A stretch of 64,000 nucleotides of DNA from Thermodesulfovibrionales bacterium. GTDB lineage: Bacteria; Nitrospirota; Thermodesulfovibrionia; Thermodesulfovibrionales; SM23-35. Under the pieces are notes generated by a model. The model saw only the letters and a list, made by a program, of their open reading frames with translations. It was not told the origin of the DNA and did no database searches. Shown in pieces: positions 8,907 through 18,860 of the stretch (its first letter is position 1; every line of letters begins with the position of its first letter). Both the position numbers and the translations under genes were made by a program. The stretch lies in contig OY970295.1 of NCBI GenBank assembly GCA_963716185.1, forward strand, positions 2,808,356 to 2,872,355, given 5' to 3'.

Positions 8907-10360
8907 AAATACTGATAGCTTCACCGGAGGCGGTGCCATATGTAAAGACAGGCGGCCTTGCAGACGTGGCCGGCGCCCTGTGCAGGGAGTTCATAAAAAT
9001 GAACGAGGAAGCGAGGGTCGTGCTGCCTTTATATAAAAGGATAAAGGACAGCGGTGCGCCGCTGCGGGACACGGGAATCATTATTGATGTCCCTGTTGGA
9101 GATAGAATTGTGGCAGGCAGGATTTTCAGCGACGGGCCGTCAAACTTTTTTATAGAATGTGATGAATTTTTTGATCGACCGGAACTCTACGGAACTCCGG
9201 AGGGGGATTACAGCGATAACGCATCGAGGTTCGTATTCTTCTCAAGAGGCATTTTTGAGGCGTGCAAGGCCCTCGGCTTTAAACCCGATGTCATTCACTG
9301 CAACGACTGGCAGACCGGTCTTGTCCCTCTCTATCTGAAGACAATATACAGGACCGACAAGTTTTTCAGGAATACTGCCGCCTTGCTGACCATTCATAAT
9401 CTTGGGTATCAGGGTCTCTTTCCCGCATCAGATATGCCCGTAACGAATCTCGGATGGGAGCTTTTCACCCCGGAAGGCATCGAATTCTACGGAAAGGTGA
9501 ATTTCCTGAAAGCAGGGCTGCTTTCTGCGGATGTCCTCAGCACTGTCAGTACCACCTATGCGAAGGAAATTCTCGATGAAGAACATGGATTTGGCCTGGA
9601 TGGTCTATTGAGGAGCAGGGCCGGTTCTCTTTTCGGCGTTATAAACGGCATTGATTACGAAGAATGGGACCCGGCGGCGGACAAATTAATACCTGCCAAT
9701 TACAGCCGTTCCGATATTTCGGGAAAAGCAGTCTGCAAAATGGAGCTTTTGAAATCGCAGTTCAAAACCCCAAAGAGTGTTGCCGCCCGGAGCATGCCGC
9801 TCATAGGCATGGTCACAAGGTTGTCAGAACAAAAGGGACTCGACCTTGTTGTTCAGTCAATCCCCGGTGTCTTGTCCTGCGGGGTGAAGCTTGTTGTTCT
9901 GGGAAAGGGTGACGAAAGGTACCATAAAAGCTTGTCCGACATATCGGCGCGTTATCGGGGCAAAGTCTCTGTTACGATCGGCTTTGATGAAAAGCTTGCG
10001 CACGAGATTTATGCGGGCTCGGATTTTTTTCTCATGCCCTCGAAATATGAACCGTGCGGGCTGGGCCAGTTGATATCTGAGAGGTATGGTTCCATCCCTG
10101 TGGCAAGAAGGGTGGGAGGACTTGCCGATACGATAAAGGACTTTGAACCGTTGACCTCAAAGGGTACGGGTTTCCTTTTTTCCGATTACACATCTCCCGC
10201 CATGCAGGATGCCCTGAAAAGGGCTTTTTGCGTCTACACGGACGACGGCAAAAGGAAAAGGTTGATGGAAGAGGGAATGAAGACGGATTTCTCCTGGAGT
10301 AAGTCGGCATTGAGATATATTGAACTTTACAAGGTTGCCCTTAAGAAGGAAAGGCTATAA
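8903..10360 (+). CDS. glgA: glycogen (starch) synthase
   Basis: MKILIASPEAVPYVKTGGLADV N-terminus. GT5/GT1 motifs HCNDWQTGL and PSKYEPCGLGQL. The ATG at 8903 overlaps the galT stop (ATGA). Confidence 0.9.
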   Translation: MKILIASPEAVPYVKTGGLADVAGALCREFIKMNEEARVVLPLYKRIKDSGAPLRDTGIIIDVPVGDRIVAGRIFSDGPSNFFIECDEFFDRPELYGTPEGDYSDNASRFVFFSRGIFEACKALGFKPDVIHCNDWQTGLVPLYLKTIYRTDKFFRNTAALLTIHNLGYQGLFPASDMPVTNLGWELFTPEGIEFYGKVNFLKAGLLSADVLSTVSTTYAKEILDEEHGFGLDGLLRSRAGSLFGVINGIDYEEWDPAADKLIPANYSRSDISGKAVCKMELLKSQFKTPKSVAARSMPLIGMVTRLSEQKGLDLVVQSIPGVLSCGVKLVVLGKGDERYHKSLSDISARYRGKVSVTIGFDEKLAHEIYAGSDFFLMPSKYEPCGLGQLISERYGSIPVARRVGGLADTIKDFEPLTSKGTGFLFSDYTSPAMQDALKRAFCVYTDDGKRKRLMEEGMKTDFSWSKSALRYIELYKVALKKERL

Positions 10361-10370
10361 AGTATAGCTC

Positions 10371-12806
10371 ATGGACACAGCGAATAGAGAAAAGTTCACA
10401 GAGGTAATTTTTGAAAATGTCCGCGACGGCATTGTAATACTCGATAGAAACTTCAAAATTCTGGCTGTGAACAATTCTATAGGGAAGTGGATCGACAGGC
10501 CGGTTCCGGACCTTATAGATAAGGACTGCAGAGAAGTGTTCCATGGAATCAGCTGGGTATGTCCTCATTGTGCAGCGGAGGTAACTTTCGAAAAAGGCGA
10601 GGTCAGTATTCTGACCCAGAAGAGTGAGATCAATCATCACGTCTCCTATGCCGAGATATCAGCTTATCCTATAACCGACGGGACGGGCGCAGTTGGTGAG
10701 TGTATAGTGTTTATTCAGGATATAACCGACAGGATGCTCTGTCATGATGAAGTCCTCAGGCTTTATAACGAGGTTACACAGACAAAGGAATATCTCGAAG
10801 GCGTCATTGAGAATTCAGCAGACGCGATAGTCACATCCGACCTGAACGGCATCATCACCTCCTGGAATAAAGGAGCGGAAAGAATATATGGGTTTAAAAA
10901 GGAAGAAGCGATCGGCAGATTTTTGCCTTTTATCCCTGATTTCGTTATCGACCCGGAATGGGAAAACAACCAGAGGATAAGGAACGGGGAAGCATTCAAA
11001 AGGACCGAGACGTTCAGGAAGAGGAAGGACGGTGCAACCATAACGGTAAGCCTTACACTTTCACCAATTAAGAACATAGCGGGAGAGGTTATCGGTGTAA
11101 GCGGTATATCGAGGGACATTTCGGAAAAGAAAAACGTTGAAAAAGAGCTGGTCAGGAGAAACCAGGAACTTTCAAGATTATTTTTTATAAGTTCAGCGAT
11201 GAGGGGGACCCTCGAGCTCGACAGGCTGTTGAGGATGATCCTTACCGCTGTTACGATGGGAGACGGCCTCGGATTCAACAGGGCGATCCTTTTCCTCGTT
11301 GATGAAAACAGGAATGTTTTAAAGGGGGCGATGGGTGTCGGTCCCGCAAGTTATGAGGAGGCTTTTCAGATTTGGAACAGGATCTCCGTGGAAAAGAAGA
11401 CGCTGCCGGATATTATGGGCGATATAGAGATAGGTACCCGGAAGAAGGATTCTTTCTTTGACAAACTGACTCTTGACATAGAGATACCCCTGACGGAAGA
11501 AACTGTCCTCGCAAAGGCGGTGAAGGAGAAGAGGATATTTAATATTGAGAATGTAGCGCAGGAACCTCTTTCGGATCCGGTCATTATACAACAACTGGGG
11601 ACCCGTGCTTACGCCGCTGTCCCTCTTGTATCGAGAAACAGGGTGATAGGAGTTCTCTGGGTTGACAACTTCTTCAATAACAGATCTATTACCGAGGAGG
11701 ACATAAGGTTCTTGACCGCCTTTTCGAACAACGTCGCGTCGGCCATAGAGAATGCCCGGCTCTTTGAACAGGTGAAATTGACGGAGCAGGAACTTGAGAA
11801 CATCTTCGAATCGATATCGGATTTGGTCTACTTTATCGGCGAGGATTATGTCGTCAAAAATATTAATAAGGCGGTGAGCAAGAGATTGGGTAAACCGCCG
11901 GAGGAAATAATAGGAAAGAAGTGTTATGAAGTATTTCACGGCACAAAGGAGCCATGGGCCGAATGTCCCCATCAAAAAACTGTTGAAATGAGAGAGGCCT
12001 TTGTAAAAGAAGTTCAGGACCCTTATATGGGCGGCACTTTCATTATCTCAAGCTCGCCGATATTCGATATGACCGGGCAGTTTATGGGCACCGTGAATGT
12101 GGTCAGTGATATAACCGAATTGAACACCCTGAGACAGCGTGTCGTAAAGACCGAGAGGATGGCCGCGTTGGGAGAGGTGGCGGCAAGAGTGGCCCATGAG
12201 ATCAGAAATCCTCTTGTTTCCCTGGGCGGATTTGCAAAAAGGCTCGAAAAGAAATTAGAAGGTAACCTGAAGGAATATGCCGATATCATTTCAAAAGAAG
12301 TGGAGAGGCTTGAGGATATATTGAATGATATCCTCAGTTTTGTAAAGGAAACGAGGATCAGAAAAGAGGCGGTCTATTCCAACAGACTCATGGAAGATGT
12401 CATTTCTCTCATAGGCCCTGAGATCGCGGAGAAGAACATAACTCTTGTCAGAGAATTCGGGGAACCCTTGGAGTTATTCGTTGATCCTAACAGGATCAGA
12501 GATGCCCTGTTGAACATAATGAAGAACGCTGTTCAGGCCATAGGGACCAACGGCACAATAATGCTGAGGACGTACAGGAAGAACAAATTTTGCGTACTCG
12601 AAATAAAAGACACGGGCCCCGGCATCGGCCAGGAAGATTTGCCTTTTATATTCGACCCCTTTTACACGACAAAGAAAGGGGGTACCGGACTTGGTCTCAC
12701 CGTAACACACAGGATTATAGAAGAACATGAAGGTAATATAGAAGTGGAAAGCAGACCGGGTGCGGGAAGCACATTTCGCGTTTTAATTCCATTGAAGATA
12801 ATTTAA
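10371..12806 (+). CDS. sensor histidine kinase (PAS-PAS-GAF-PAS-HisKA-HATPase)
   Basis: 811 aa. H-box VAARVAHEIRNPL and G-boxes DTGPGI...GGTGLGL. The first and last PAS domains both carry a C-x-EVFHG...CPH Cys/His motif. Confidence 0.9.
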   Translation: MDTANREKFTEVIFENVRDGIVILDRNFKILAVNNSIGKWIDRPVPDLIDKDCREVFHGISWVCPHCAAEVTFEKGEVSILTQKSEINHHVSYAEISAYPITDGTGAVGECIVFIQDITDRMLCHDEVLRLYNEVTQTKEYLEGVIENSADAIVTSDLNGIITSWNKGAERIYGFKKEEAIGRFLPFIPDFVIDPEWENNQRIRNGEAFKRTETFRKRKDGATITVSLTLSPIKNIAGEVIGVSGISRDISEKKNVEKELVRRNQELSRLFFISSAMRGTLELDRLLRMILTAVTMGDGLGFNRAILFLVDENRNVLKGAMGVGPASYEEAFQIWNRISVEKKTLPDIMGDIEIGTRKKDSFFDKLTLDIEIPLTEETVLAKAVKEKRIFNIENVAQEPLSDPVIIQQLGTRAYAAVPLVSRNRVIGVLWVDNFFNNRSITEEDIRFLTAFSNNVASAIENARLFEQVKLTEQELENIFESISDLVYFIGEDYVVKNINKAVSKRLGKPPEEIIGKKCYEVFHGTKEPWAECPHQKTVEMREAFVKEVQDPYMGGTFIISSSPIFDMTGQFMGTVNVVSDITELNTLRQRVVKTERMAALGEVAARVAHEIRNPLVSLGGFAKRLEKKLEGNLKEYADIISKEVERLEDILNDILSFVKETRIRKEAVYSNRLMEDVISLIGPEIAEKNITLVREFGEPLELFVDPNRIRDALLNIMKNAVQAIGTNGTIMLRTYRKNKFCVLEIKDTGPGIGQEDLPFIFDPFYTTKKGGTGLGLTVTHRIIEEHEGNIEVESRPGAGSTFRVLIPLKII

Positions 12807-12826
12807 TAATAAGAGGGAGGAGGTAT

Positions 12827-13177
12827 ATGAAAATACTTGTCGTTGATGATGACCAGCATATCCAAAGGCTTTATAAAGAAGAGTTCGAAGACGAAGGCTA
12901 TGAAGTTGTCGTGGCATCCAACGGAAAGGAAGCGATGGATCTCTTTGACAGTGAATCGCCCGACATCGTTACACTTGACATACTTTTGCCTGATGTGGAC
13001 GGCATCCGGATATTGAGGCAGATGAAAGAAAAGAACCCCAAGATACCTGTTATCATGTCTACGGCTTATGACTACAGGGACGATTTTGCCGTATGGGCTT
13101 CCGAGGCATATATAGTCAAATCTTCGGATCTTGAAGAGCTGAAGATCATGATAAAGAAGCTGCTCAGTAAAGAGTAA
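12827..13177 (+). CDS. single-domain response regulator (CheY-like receiver)
   Basis: 116 aa. MKILVVDDD, phospho-acceptor context IVTLDILLPDVDG and a conserved K in AYIVKS. Confidence 0.9.
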   Translation: MKILVVDDDQHIQRLYKEEFEDEGYEVVVASNGKEAMDLFDSESPDIVTLDILLPDVDGIRILRQMKEKNPKIPVIMSTAYDYRDDFAVWASEAYIVKSSDLEELKIMIKKLLSKE

Positions 13178-15165
13178 TGTCCCGCGACATTTACCTTGAA
13201 AGCACACCTTTACATGAAGCGCTCACAAAGTGGCTTAAAAGACTCGACTCCGAAGGGGTCTTAGAGCCGCTTCCGGGAGAGCGTGTCAGGGTCATAGATT
13301 CCCTCTGCAGGGTTACCGCAGAGGCGGTGACCGCAAAAATATCCTCCCCTTTTTATCATTCCTCGGCAATGGACGGTTATGCCGTCAGGTTTGCAGAAAC
13401 CTTCGGTTCATCGGAAAGGGCCCCCAAAAGGCTCAGGATAGGAGAACAGGCCGTATATGTTGATACGGGCGATCCTATGCCGGACGGATTCAATGCTGTG
13501 GTAATGATCGAGGACGTAAATATTGTAAAAGGTCAACAGTCATCCCCTCCGGATCCCCGCTGTGCAAAGGAGGGAAAAGAGAGGGGATGTGATTCAGAAT
13601 ATATCGAAATAATCTCCCCTGCGACGCCATGGCAGCACGTCAGGGTCATCGGTGAGGACATCGTGGCGACCGAATTGATACTGCCTGAAAACCAGCAAAT
13701 AAGGCCGGTTGATATCGGGGCAATGCTCGCGGGCGGCCGTCTCGATGTTATGGTCAGGCAAAGGCCGAGAGCGGTCATTATGCCGACGGGCACCGAAATC
13801 GTCGAACCGGGGTCCATTCTAAAAAGAGGCGATATAATCGAATACAATTCGAGGGTGCTGGGCGGGCTTGTATCTGAATGGGGAGGCGATCCGGTCAGAT
13901 TCAGGATTGTGCCCGATGACCTCGAACAGTTGAAAAAGGCTGTACTTGATGCGCATAGCCTGGGAGATCTGATTGTCATTAATGCGGGTGCGTCGGCGGG
14001 GTCAGAAGACTTCACGGCGAAGGCCATAGGCGATCTCGGAGAAATCATCCTCCACGGGGTGAGCATAAAACCCGGCAAACCCCTTGTCCTCGGCTGGGTG
14101 AAAGGGAAACCCGTGCTCGGTATCCCTGGCTATCCCGTGTCCGCTTTTATAACGTTCACCCTTTTTGCTAAACCGCTCTTTTATCGATGGCAGGGTCTCG
14201 AAATGAAAGTGCCCGAAATGATGCAGGCAAAGATCTCGAGGCAGGTTGCGTCAACACTCGGTCAGGAGGAATTCCTGAGGGTAAAGCTTGGAAAGGTCGG
14301 TGATAATTTTATTGCGACTCCTGTCACCCGGGGAGCGGGGGTACTGATGTCCCTCGTCAGAGCTGACGGTATCGTGCGAATACCTGCCATGTCCGAAGGC
14401 ATAGGCGCCGGTTCGGAGATTGAAGCGGAATTGATGAGATCCAGGAGAGATATAGAAAATACGATCGTATGTATCGGAAGCCATGACAATGCCCTTGATC
14501 TGCTCGCCAACATACTGAAGAAGAGATATCCGGGATATTCACTCTCGTCGGCGCATGTCGGGTCAATGGGCGGTTTGATGGCCCTGAAAAGAGGTGAGGC
14601 CCATATGGCCGGGACTCACCTGCTCGACGAGGAAACAGCGGAATACAACATATCATTTATAAAAAGACTTCTCGCCGGCAGAAAAATTGTGCTCATCAAT
14701 CTCGTTTACAGGGAGCAGGGGCTTCTGGTGCCCAAAGGCAATCCGAAAAATATCACGGGGTTTAAAGATTTAACGAGGGGTGACATCGTGTTTGTTAACA
14801 GACAGCCGGGAGCAGGCACCAGACTGCTTACGGACAAATGCTTAAGAGAACTCGGTATAAACAATCAGGATGTCAAAGGGTATGAAAGGGAAGAATATAC
14901 TCATATGGGTGTGGCATCGGCGGTCCTGTCAGGGGTTGCGGATACGGGCCTCGCAATCCTTGCTTCCGCGAGGGCGCTCGGTCTCGATTTTATTCCCGTA
15001 GCAAAAGAGAGATATGACCTTGCAGTACCCCGGGAGTCTCTGGATTTAGAGATGGTGGGATGTCTTTTGAAGATCATAAGAGAGGATGCCGAATTCAGAG
15101 ACACGGTCGCCGGGTTGGGAGGATATGATATTTCGGATATGGGCCGCATTATTTATGAGAGCTGA
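13177..15165 (+). CDS. moeA: molybdopterin molybdotransferase MoeA fused to a C-terminal periplasmic-binding-protein-like domain
   Basis: 662 aa. MoeA motifs SPFYHSSAMDGYAV and GVSIKPGKPLVLG. The last ~230 aa resemble a type-2 PBP fold. The ATG shares 1 nt with the regulator's stop codon. Confidence 0.8.
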   Translation: MSRDIYLESTPLHEALTKWLKRLDSEGVLEPLPGERVRVIDSLCRVTAEAVTAKISSPFYHSSAMDGYAVRFAETFGSSERAPKRLRIGEQAVYVDTGDPMPDGFNAVVMIEDVNIVKGQQSSPPDPRCAKEGKERGCDSEYIEIISPATPWQHVRVIGEDIVATELILPENQQIRPVDIGAMLAGGRLDVMVRQRPRAVIMPTGTEIVEPGSILKRGDIIEYNSRVLGGLVSEWGGDPVRFRIVPDDLEQLKKAVLDAHSLGDLIVINAGASAGSEDFTAKAIGDLGEIILHGVSIKPGKPLVLGWVKGKPVLGIPGYPVSAFITFTLFAKPLFYRWQGLEMKVPEMMQAKISRQVASTLGQEEFLRVKLGKVGDNFIATPVTRGAGVLMSLVRADGIVRIPAMSEGIGAGSEIEAELMRSRRDIENTIVCIGSHDNALDLLANILKKRYPGYSLSSAHVGSMGGLMALKRGEAHMAGTHLLDEETAEYNISFIKRLLAGRKIVLINLVYREQGLLVPKGNPKNITGFKDLTRGDIVFVNRQPGAGTRLLTDKCLRELGINNQDVKGYEREEYTHMGVASAVLSGVADTGLAILASARALGLDFIPVAKERYDLAVPRESLDLEMVGCLLKIIREDAEFRDTVAGLGGYDISDMGRIIYES

Positions 15166-16302
15166 TTATCCTTCCTTTTGGGGGTCTGCCTTTTCATCTT
15201 TTACGTCCAGAAGCCTTTTCGCCCCGATGAATCTTTTGAAATAGTATGGCGTATCAAGACTGTCTATAGTCACTTTTTTGGACCCTGATGAGGCGTGAAT
15301 GAACAGATTATTACCGAGATAAATCCCCACATGTGAAGGAAAAGACGCATAGGTCCTGAAGAATACGAGGTCACCGATAGAGAGCTCTTCTCCATTGACA
15401 GGCGTTCCTTCCTGGAACTGCTCCCGTGCCGAACGGGGGAGGTCGATTCCGATCAGGCTGTAAACCTTTTTCACATATGCGGAACAGTCTATCCCGAAGA
15501 GACTGTTACCTCCGAACCTGTACGGGATGTCCAGCAGTTTCTTTGCGAAGAGTATGAGTTTGTCCTGCATCTTCAACTCGCCGCCCTCTTTGGATTCGGA
15601 TATTTTTTCTATCTCTTTTTCAACACCCCCATGAGAAAGCACCGCATCATAGGTTTTTGGTTCATTAGGTTCGGGTTCTGCGGTCAGGAGGATTTTCTGC
15701 CCGGGTTTTAACGAGTCTGTTTCAAGTCCGTTAATGTTCATCAATTCATCGGGATCAATATTAAATCTTCTGGCGATATCCCAGATCGAATCACCTCTTC
15801 TTACAGTGTAATCTTTGAGAGCACTCTTCGAGACGATGAGTTTTTGGCCCACTTTCAGCTTTTTTGATCTTATATCGTTGATCTCCTTCAGTTCATTCAC
15901 GGATATCGAATACTTCTTGGATATAGATAAGAGTGTATCACCCCTCTTTACTACGTGAAATGAAGAGTCCTCCTGATGTGTTACGGGCTTTTCCGCATCA
16001 TGTACGATCTTTGTATCCTTTTCTCTCTTGGTTTTACCGTACTTTGTTCTCGCGGCCCGTTCACCGGCAGGAATTTCTTTTTTCTTTGACGGAATAGTAA
16101 GTTTCGTGCCCGGTTTGAGTTTGCCGGATCTTAGATTATTTGCTTTAATGACGGATTGCGGGCTGACCTTAAATTTCTTGGCTATCTTGCGGGGACTGTC
16201 CCCCCTTTTTGATATGTAAGTAGTGTCAGCATGGACATTTCCTGTAATAAAGATTGCGAGTACAAGATTAGCGATGAAAAGACAAAAACCCTTCATTGTC
16301 AC
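15166..16302 (-). CDS. secreted peptidoglycan hydrolase, 3x LysM + NlpC/P60
   Basis: Signal peptide, then three LysM repeats (Y.V.RGD(S/T)...IAKKF..). C-terminal NlpC/P60 with the catalytic Cys context GIDCSAYV and HVGIYLG. Confidence 0.85.
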   Translation of the reverse strand: MTMKGFCLFIANLVLAIFITGNVHADTTYISKRGDSPRKIAKKFKVSPQSVIKANNLRSGKLKPGTKLTIPSKKKEIPAGERAARTKYGKTKREKDTKIVHDAEKPVTHQEDSSFHVVKRGDTLLSISKKYSISVNELKEINDIRSKKLKVGQKLIVSKSALKDYTVRRGDSIWDIARRFNIDPDELMNINGLETDSLKPGQKILLTAEPEPNEPKTYDAVLSHGGVEKEIEKISESKEGGELKMQDKLILFAKKLLDIPYRFGGNSLFGIDCSAYVKKVYSLIGIDLPRSAREQFQEGTPVNGEELSIGDLVFFRTYASFPSHVGIYLGNNLFIHASSGSKKVTIDSLDTPYYFKRFIGAKRLLDVKDEKADPQKEG

Positions 16303-16311
16303 CTCCTGTAA

Positions 16312-16845
16312 TCATGCTGCCTCTTCACGGATAAGATCTTTTAGAGTAGGCAATTCCGTGAGGTCCTTCAGTCCGAAATATTGCAGAAATTCTCTCGTCG
16401 TACCGTAAAAGAAAGGCCGTCCCGGCGCTTCCTTACGGCCCATTATTTTTATAAGCCTTTTTTCATAAAGAGTTCTTATGGCGCTGTCGGAATTGACCCC
16501 CCTGATCTGTTCGATCTCGGCCCTTATTATCGGCTGTTTATAAGCTATTATTGCGAGGGTTTCGAGCGCCGGCATGGACAGCTTGTTTGAAACATGGGTA
16601 CTCCTGAACTTCCTTACCCATTCGGCATATTCGGGATTTGTCACCATCTGATAGCCATGGGCTATCTCGACTATCATCACACCTGAATTGCGCTCTTTAT
16701 ATTCAGCCATGAGCTCTCCCATAAGCCTTTTTGCTTCAGACTCGGGAAGATCCAGAATATCCTTTATAGCAGCCACTGTCATGACCTCTCCCGAGAGGAA
16801 AAGAAGCGCTTCAAGTATCGATTTTTTTTCTCTGTCGTCGGACAT
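16312..16845 (-). CDS. scpB: segregation and condensation protein B
   Basis: ILEALLFLSGEVMTVAAI, GYQMVTNPEYAEWV and EALETLAIIAYKQPI-type motifs. The track ORF extends to 16884 through a TTG; the ATG at 16845 is more plausible. Confidence 0.85.
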   Translation of the reverse strand: MSDDREKKSILEALLFLSGEVMTVAAIKDILDLPESEAKRLMGELMAEYKERNSGVMIVEIAHGYQMVTNPEYAEWVRKFRSTHVSNKLSMPALETLAIIAYKQPIIRAEIEQIRGVNSDSAIRTLYEKRLIKIMGRKEAPGRPFFYGTTREFLQYFGLKDLTELPTLKDLIREEAA

Positions 16846-16880
16846 AAACCGCTTTAACTTACCAAAAAAAAGCGGAAAGT

Positions 16881-17060
16881 TCAATGATTTTCTTCGAAAA
16901 ACTCTTCTTCCAATGATTTTCTATTAAGTTCTTTTACACGTTTTCTCTCATACCCTCTCCTTCCTTTGCGTGTCGAAACCGGGTGGCTTCTAAGCTTCAG
17001 CGCCGCTTCGAGGGGAAGGCGAGGTTTGGGTTTTCTCCTTTTGAGTGGTTTTTTAGTCAC
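16881..17060 (-). CDS. possible small, very basic protein (59 aa, GTG start) upstream of scpB
   Basis: Hand translation: (M)TKKPLKRRKPKPRLPLEAALKLRSHPVSTRKGRRGYERKRVKELNRKSLEEEFFEENH. The stop overlaps the TTG-extended scpB frame. It is below the ORF-track size cut-off. Confidence 0.3.
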   Translation of the reverse strand: MTKKPLKRRKPKPRLPLEAALKLRSHPVSTRKGRRGYERKRVKELNRKSLEEEFFEENH

Positions 17061-17180
17061 GTTTTTCCTTATAAGAGATATTATGAGGAATTGCCCCTAA
17101 TGATGACAATAGAATTGCCGAGGGTGTATAATTTTCACCAGCAACGAATGCGGTGAACAAATGCAGAAGGGTAGTTTTAT

Positions 17181-18278
17181 ATGAAACGGCTTGTTGTAAA
17201 AATCGGCAGTAATATCCTCGCAGACGGAATAGAGGGGCTCGATACAAAAAGGATCTCCTCCATTGCACGCGATATCTCTGAATTGCAAGACAAGGGCTAT
17301 GATGTTGTGATTGTCTCATCGGGGGCTGTTGCGGCAGGCATGCGCAAACTCGGCCTGAGAGAAAAACCCAGGGACGTAAAACTCAAGCAGGCTGCGGCGG
17401 CAATAGGACAGAGCCATCTTATGTGGGCCTATGAGAGAAGTTTTGGAGGTTACGGGAAGAAAGTTGCACAGGTACTGCTCACGAGGGATGACTTTTCCGA
17501 CAGGAAGAGATATATAAATTCCAAGAACACTCTTATGACGTTAATCTCATACAGGGTTATTCCGATAATAAACGAGAATGATACCGTTGCTACCGACGAA
17601 ATAAAGTTTGGAGATAATGATTATCTTGCCTCTTTGGTTGCCGGTCTTGTCGAGTCCGATAGACTTGTAATCCTCTCGGATGTTGAAGGGCTATATACGG
17701 AGGACCCGGGGCGCAGCTCCCGCGCCAGGCTGATAGAATATGTGGAGGAAATAACGCCCGAGTTCGAAGAAATGGCGGGCGGGGCCGGCAGCACCGTCGG
17801 CACCGGGGGGATGTATTCAAAAATCCTGGCTGCAAAAAGGGCGGTAAACCACGGCATCGCGGTCCATATCATCAACGGAAGAAAGGACGGGCTCCTTGTA
17901 TCTCTTCTGAAAGGCGAACCCTGTGGTACTCTATTCAAGCCGAAGGAAGAGAGGTTGTCTTCGCGGAAGGGATGGATTGCGTACGGCAGCCGCTCAAAAG
18001 GGAATCTTATCGTAGATGAAGGCGCTGCGAAGGCCCTTGTCAAAGGCGGCAAGAGCCTCCTTCCGTCGGGGATCGTCTCTGTCGAAGGACATTTCGATAC
18101 GGGGGATGCGGTCTATTGTCTCGACGCCAAAGGTAACCGCATAGCAAAAGGTCTGACCAATTATTCTTCTTCAGAGGTCAAAAAAATAATGGGGGAGAGA
18201 ACATCCGATATCGAAAGAATCCTTGGATACAAATACTCTGAAGAAGTAATACACAGGGACAACCTGGTGTTGGTGTGA
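17181..18278 (+). CDS. proB: glutamate 5-kinase with PUA domain
   Basis: 365 aa. RLVVKIGSNIL, VIVSSGAVAAG, NENDTVATDEIKFGDND and a C-terminal PUA-like domain. Confidence 0.92.
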   Translation: MKRLVVKIGSNILADGIEGLDTKRISSIARDISELQDKGYDVVIVSSGAVAAGMRKLGLREKPRDVKLKQAAAAIGQSHLMWAYERSFGGYGKKVAQVLLTRDDFSDRKRYINSKNTLMTLISYRVIPIINENDTVATDEIKFGDNDYLASLVAGLVESDRLVILSDVEGLYTEDPGRSSRARLIEYVEEITPEFEEMAGGAGSTVGTGGMYSKILAAKRAVNHGIAVHIINGRKDGLLVSLLKGEPCGTLFKPKEERLSSRKGWIAYGSRSKGNLIVDEGAAKALVKGGKSLLPSGIVSVEGHFDTGDAVYCLDAKGNRIAKGLTNYSSSEVKKIMGERTSDIERILGYKYSEEVIHRDNLVLV

Positions 18279-18308
18279 ACAGGTTTTCGGGCATTTTGTT
18301 TTGATTCA

Positions 18309-18845
18309 TCAGTAACTTAATATCTTTTGAAACATTTGCCGCGCATTCATGAACACATCGATGCAGCTTTTCTCCTGATAGTCCATGTAGGTAAAAAGGT
18401 GCGGCTTGAAGGTGCCTTCTTTCTCTGTGTAAAGAAGAGTCACCTCGCCATAGATCCCTTTCCCTAAATAGATGCGGTGGGCGCGATTTTTCGTGGATGC
18501 GAGGACTATCCTTGACAGGGTGAGATAGCCCGGGTCCAGGTTTATCCGTCTTTTGTCGTCCACGGAAAAGGAGTCTTCGATCTCATTTGTCAGCAGCTTG
18601 ATGCCGGTCAGGTTCCCGGGGTCAATAGGGTTTCTAAAAAAAATGAATTGACGCATGATGGGCCATCCGAGTTCGTCTTTGTAATACGACGAATAATCCC
18701 ATGGCAGGGGAGGGCTTACGGATAAACTGTCTCCAAAGTTTCTTGTGAGGATTTCTTTTGATTGAACGAATATTTCATGGTCGGAATAGAGTGCGCCGAC
18801 GAAAAGCAAAGCCTGTTCAGGAGATTTGATTTTCCCCATGGTCAA
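18309..18845 (-). CDS. conserved hypothetical protein (DUF4416-like)
   Basis: 178-aa ORF with good coding appearance. The family assignment is from memory only. Confidence 0.45.
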   Translation of the reverse strand: MTMGKIKSPEQALLFVGALYSDHEIFVQSKEILTRNFGDSLSVSPPLPWDYSSYYKDELGWPIMRQFIFFRNPIDPGNLTGIKLLTNEIEDSFSVDDKRRINLDPGYLTLSRIVLASTKNRAHRIYLGKGIYGEVTLLYTEKEGTFKPHLFTYMDYQEKSCIDVFMNARQMFQKILSY

Positions 18846-18860
18846 GCTCCGGGAATAACT

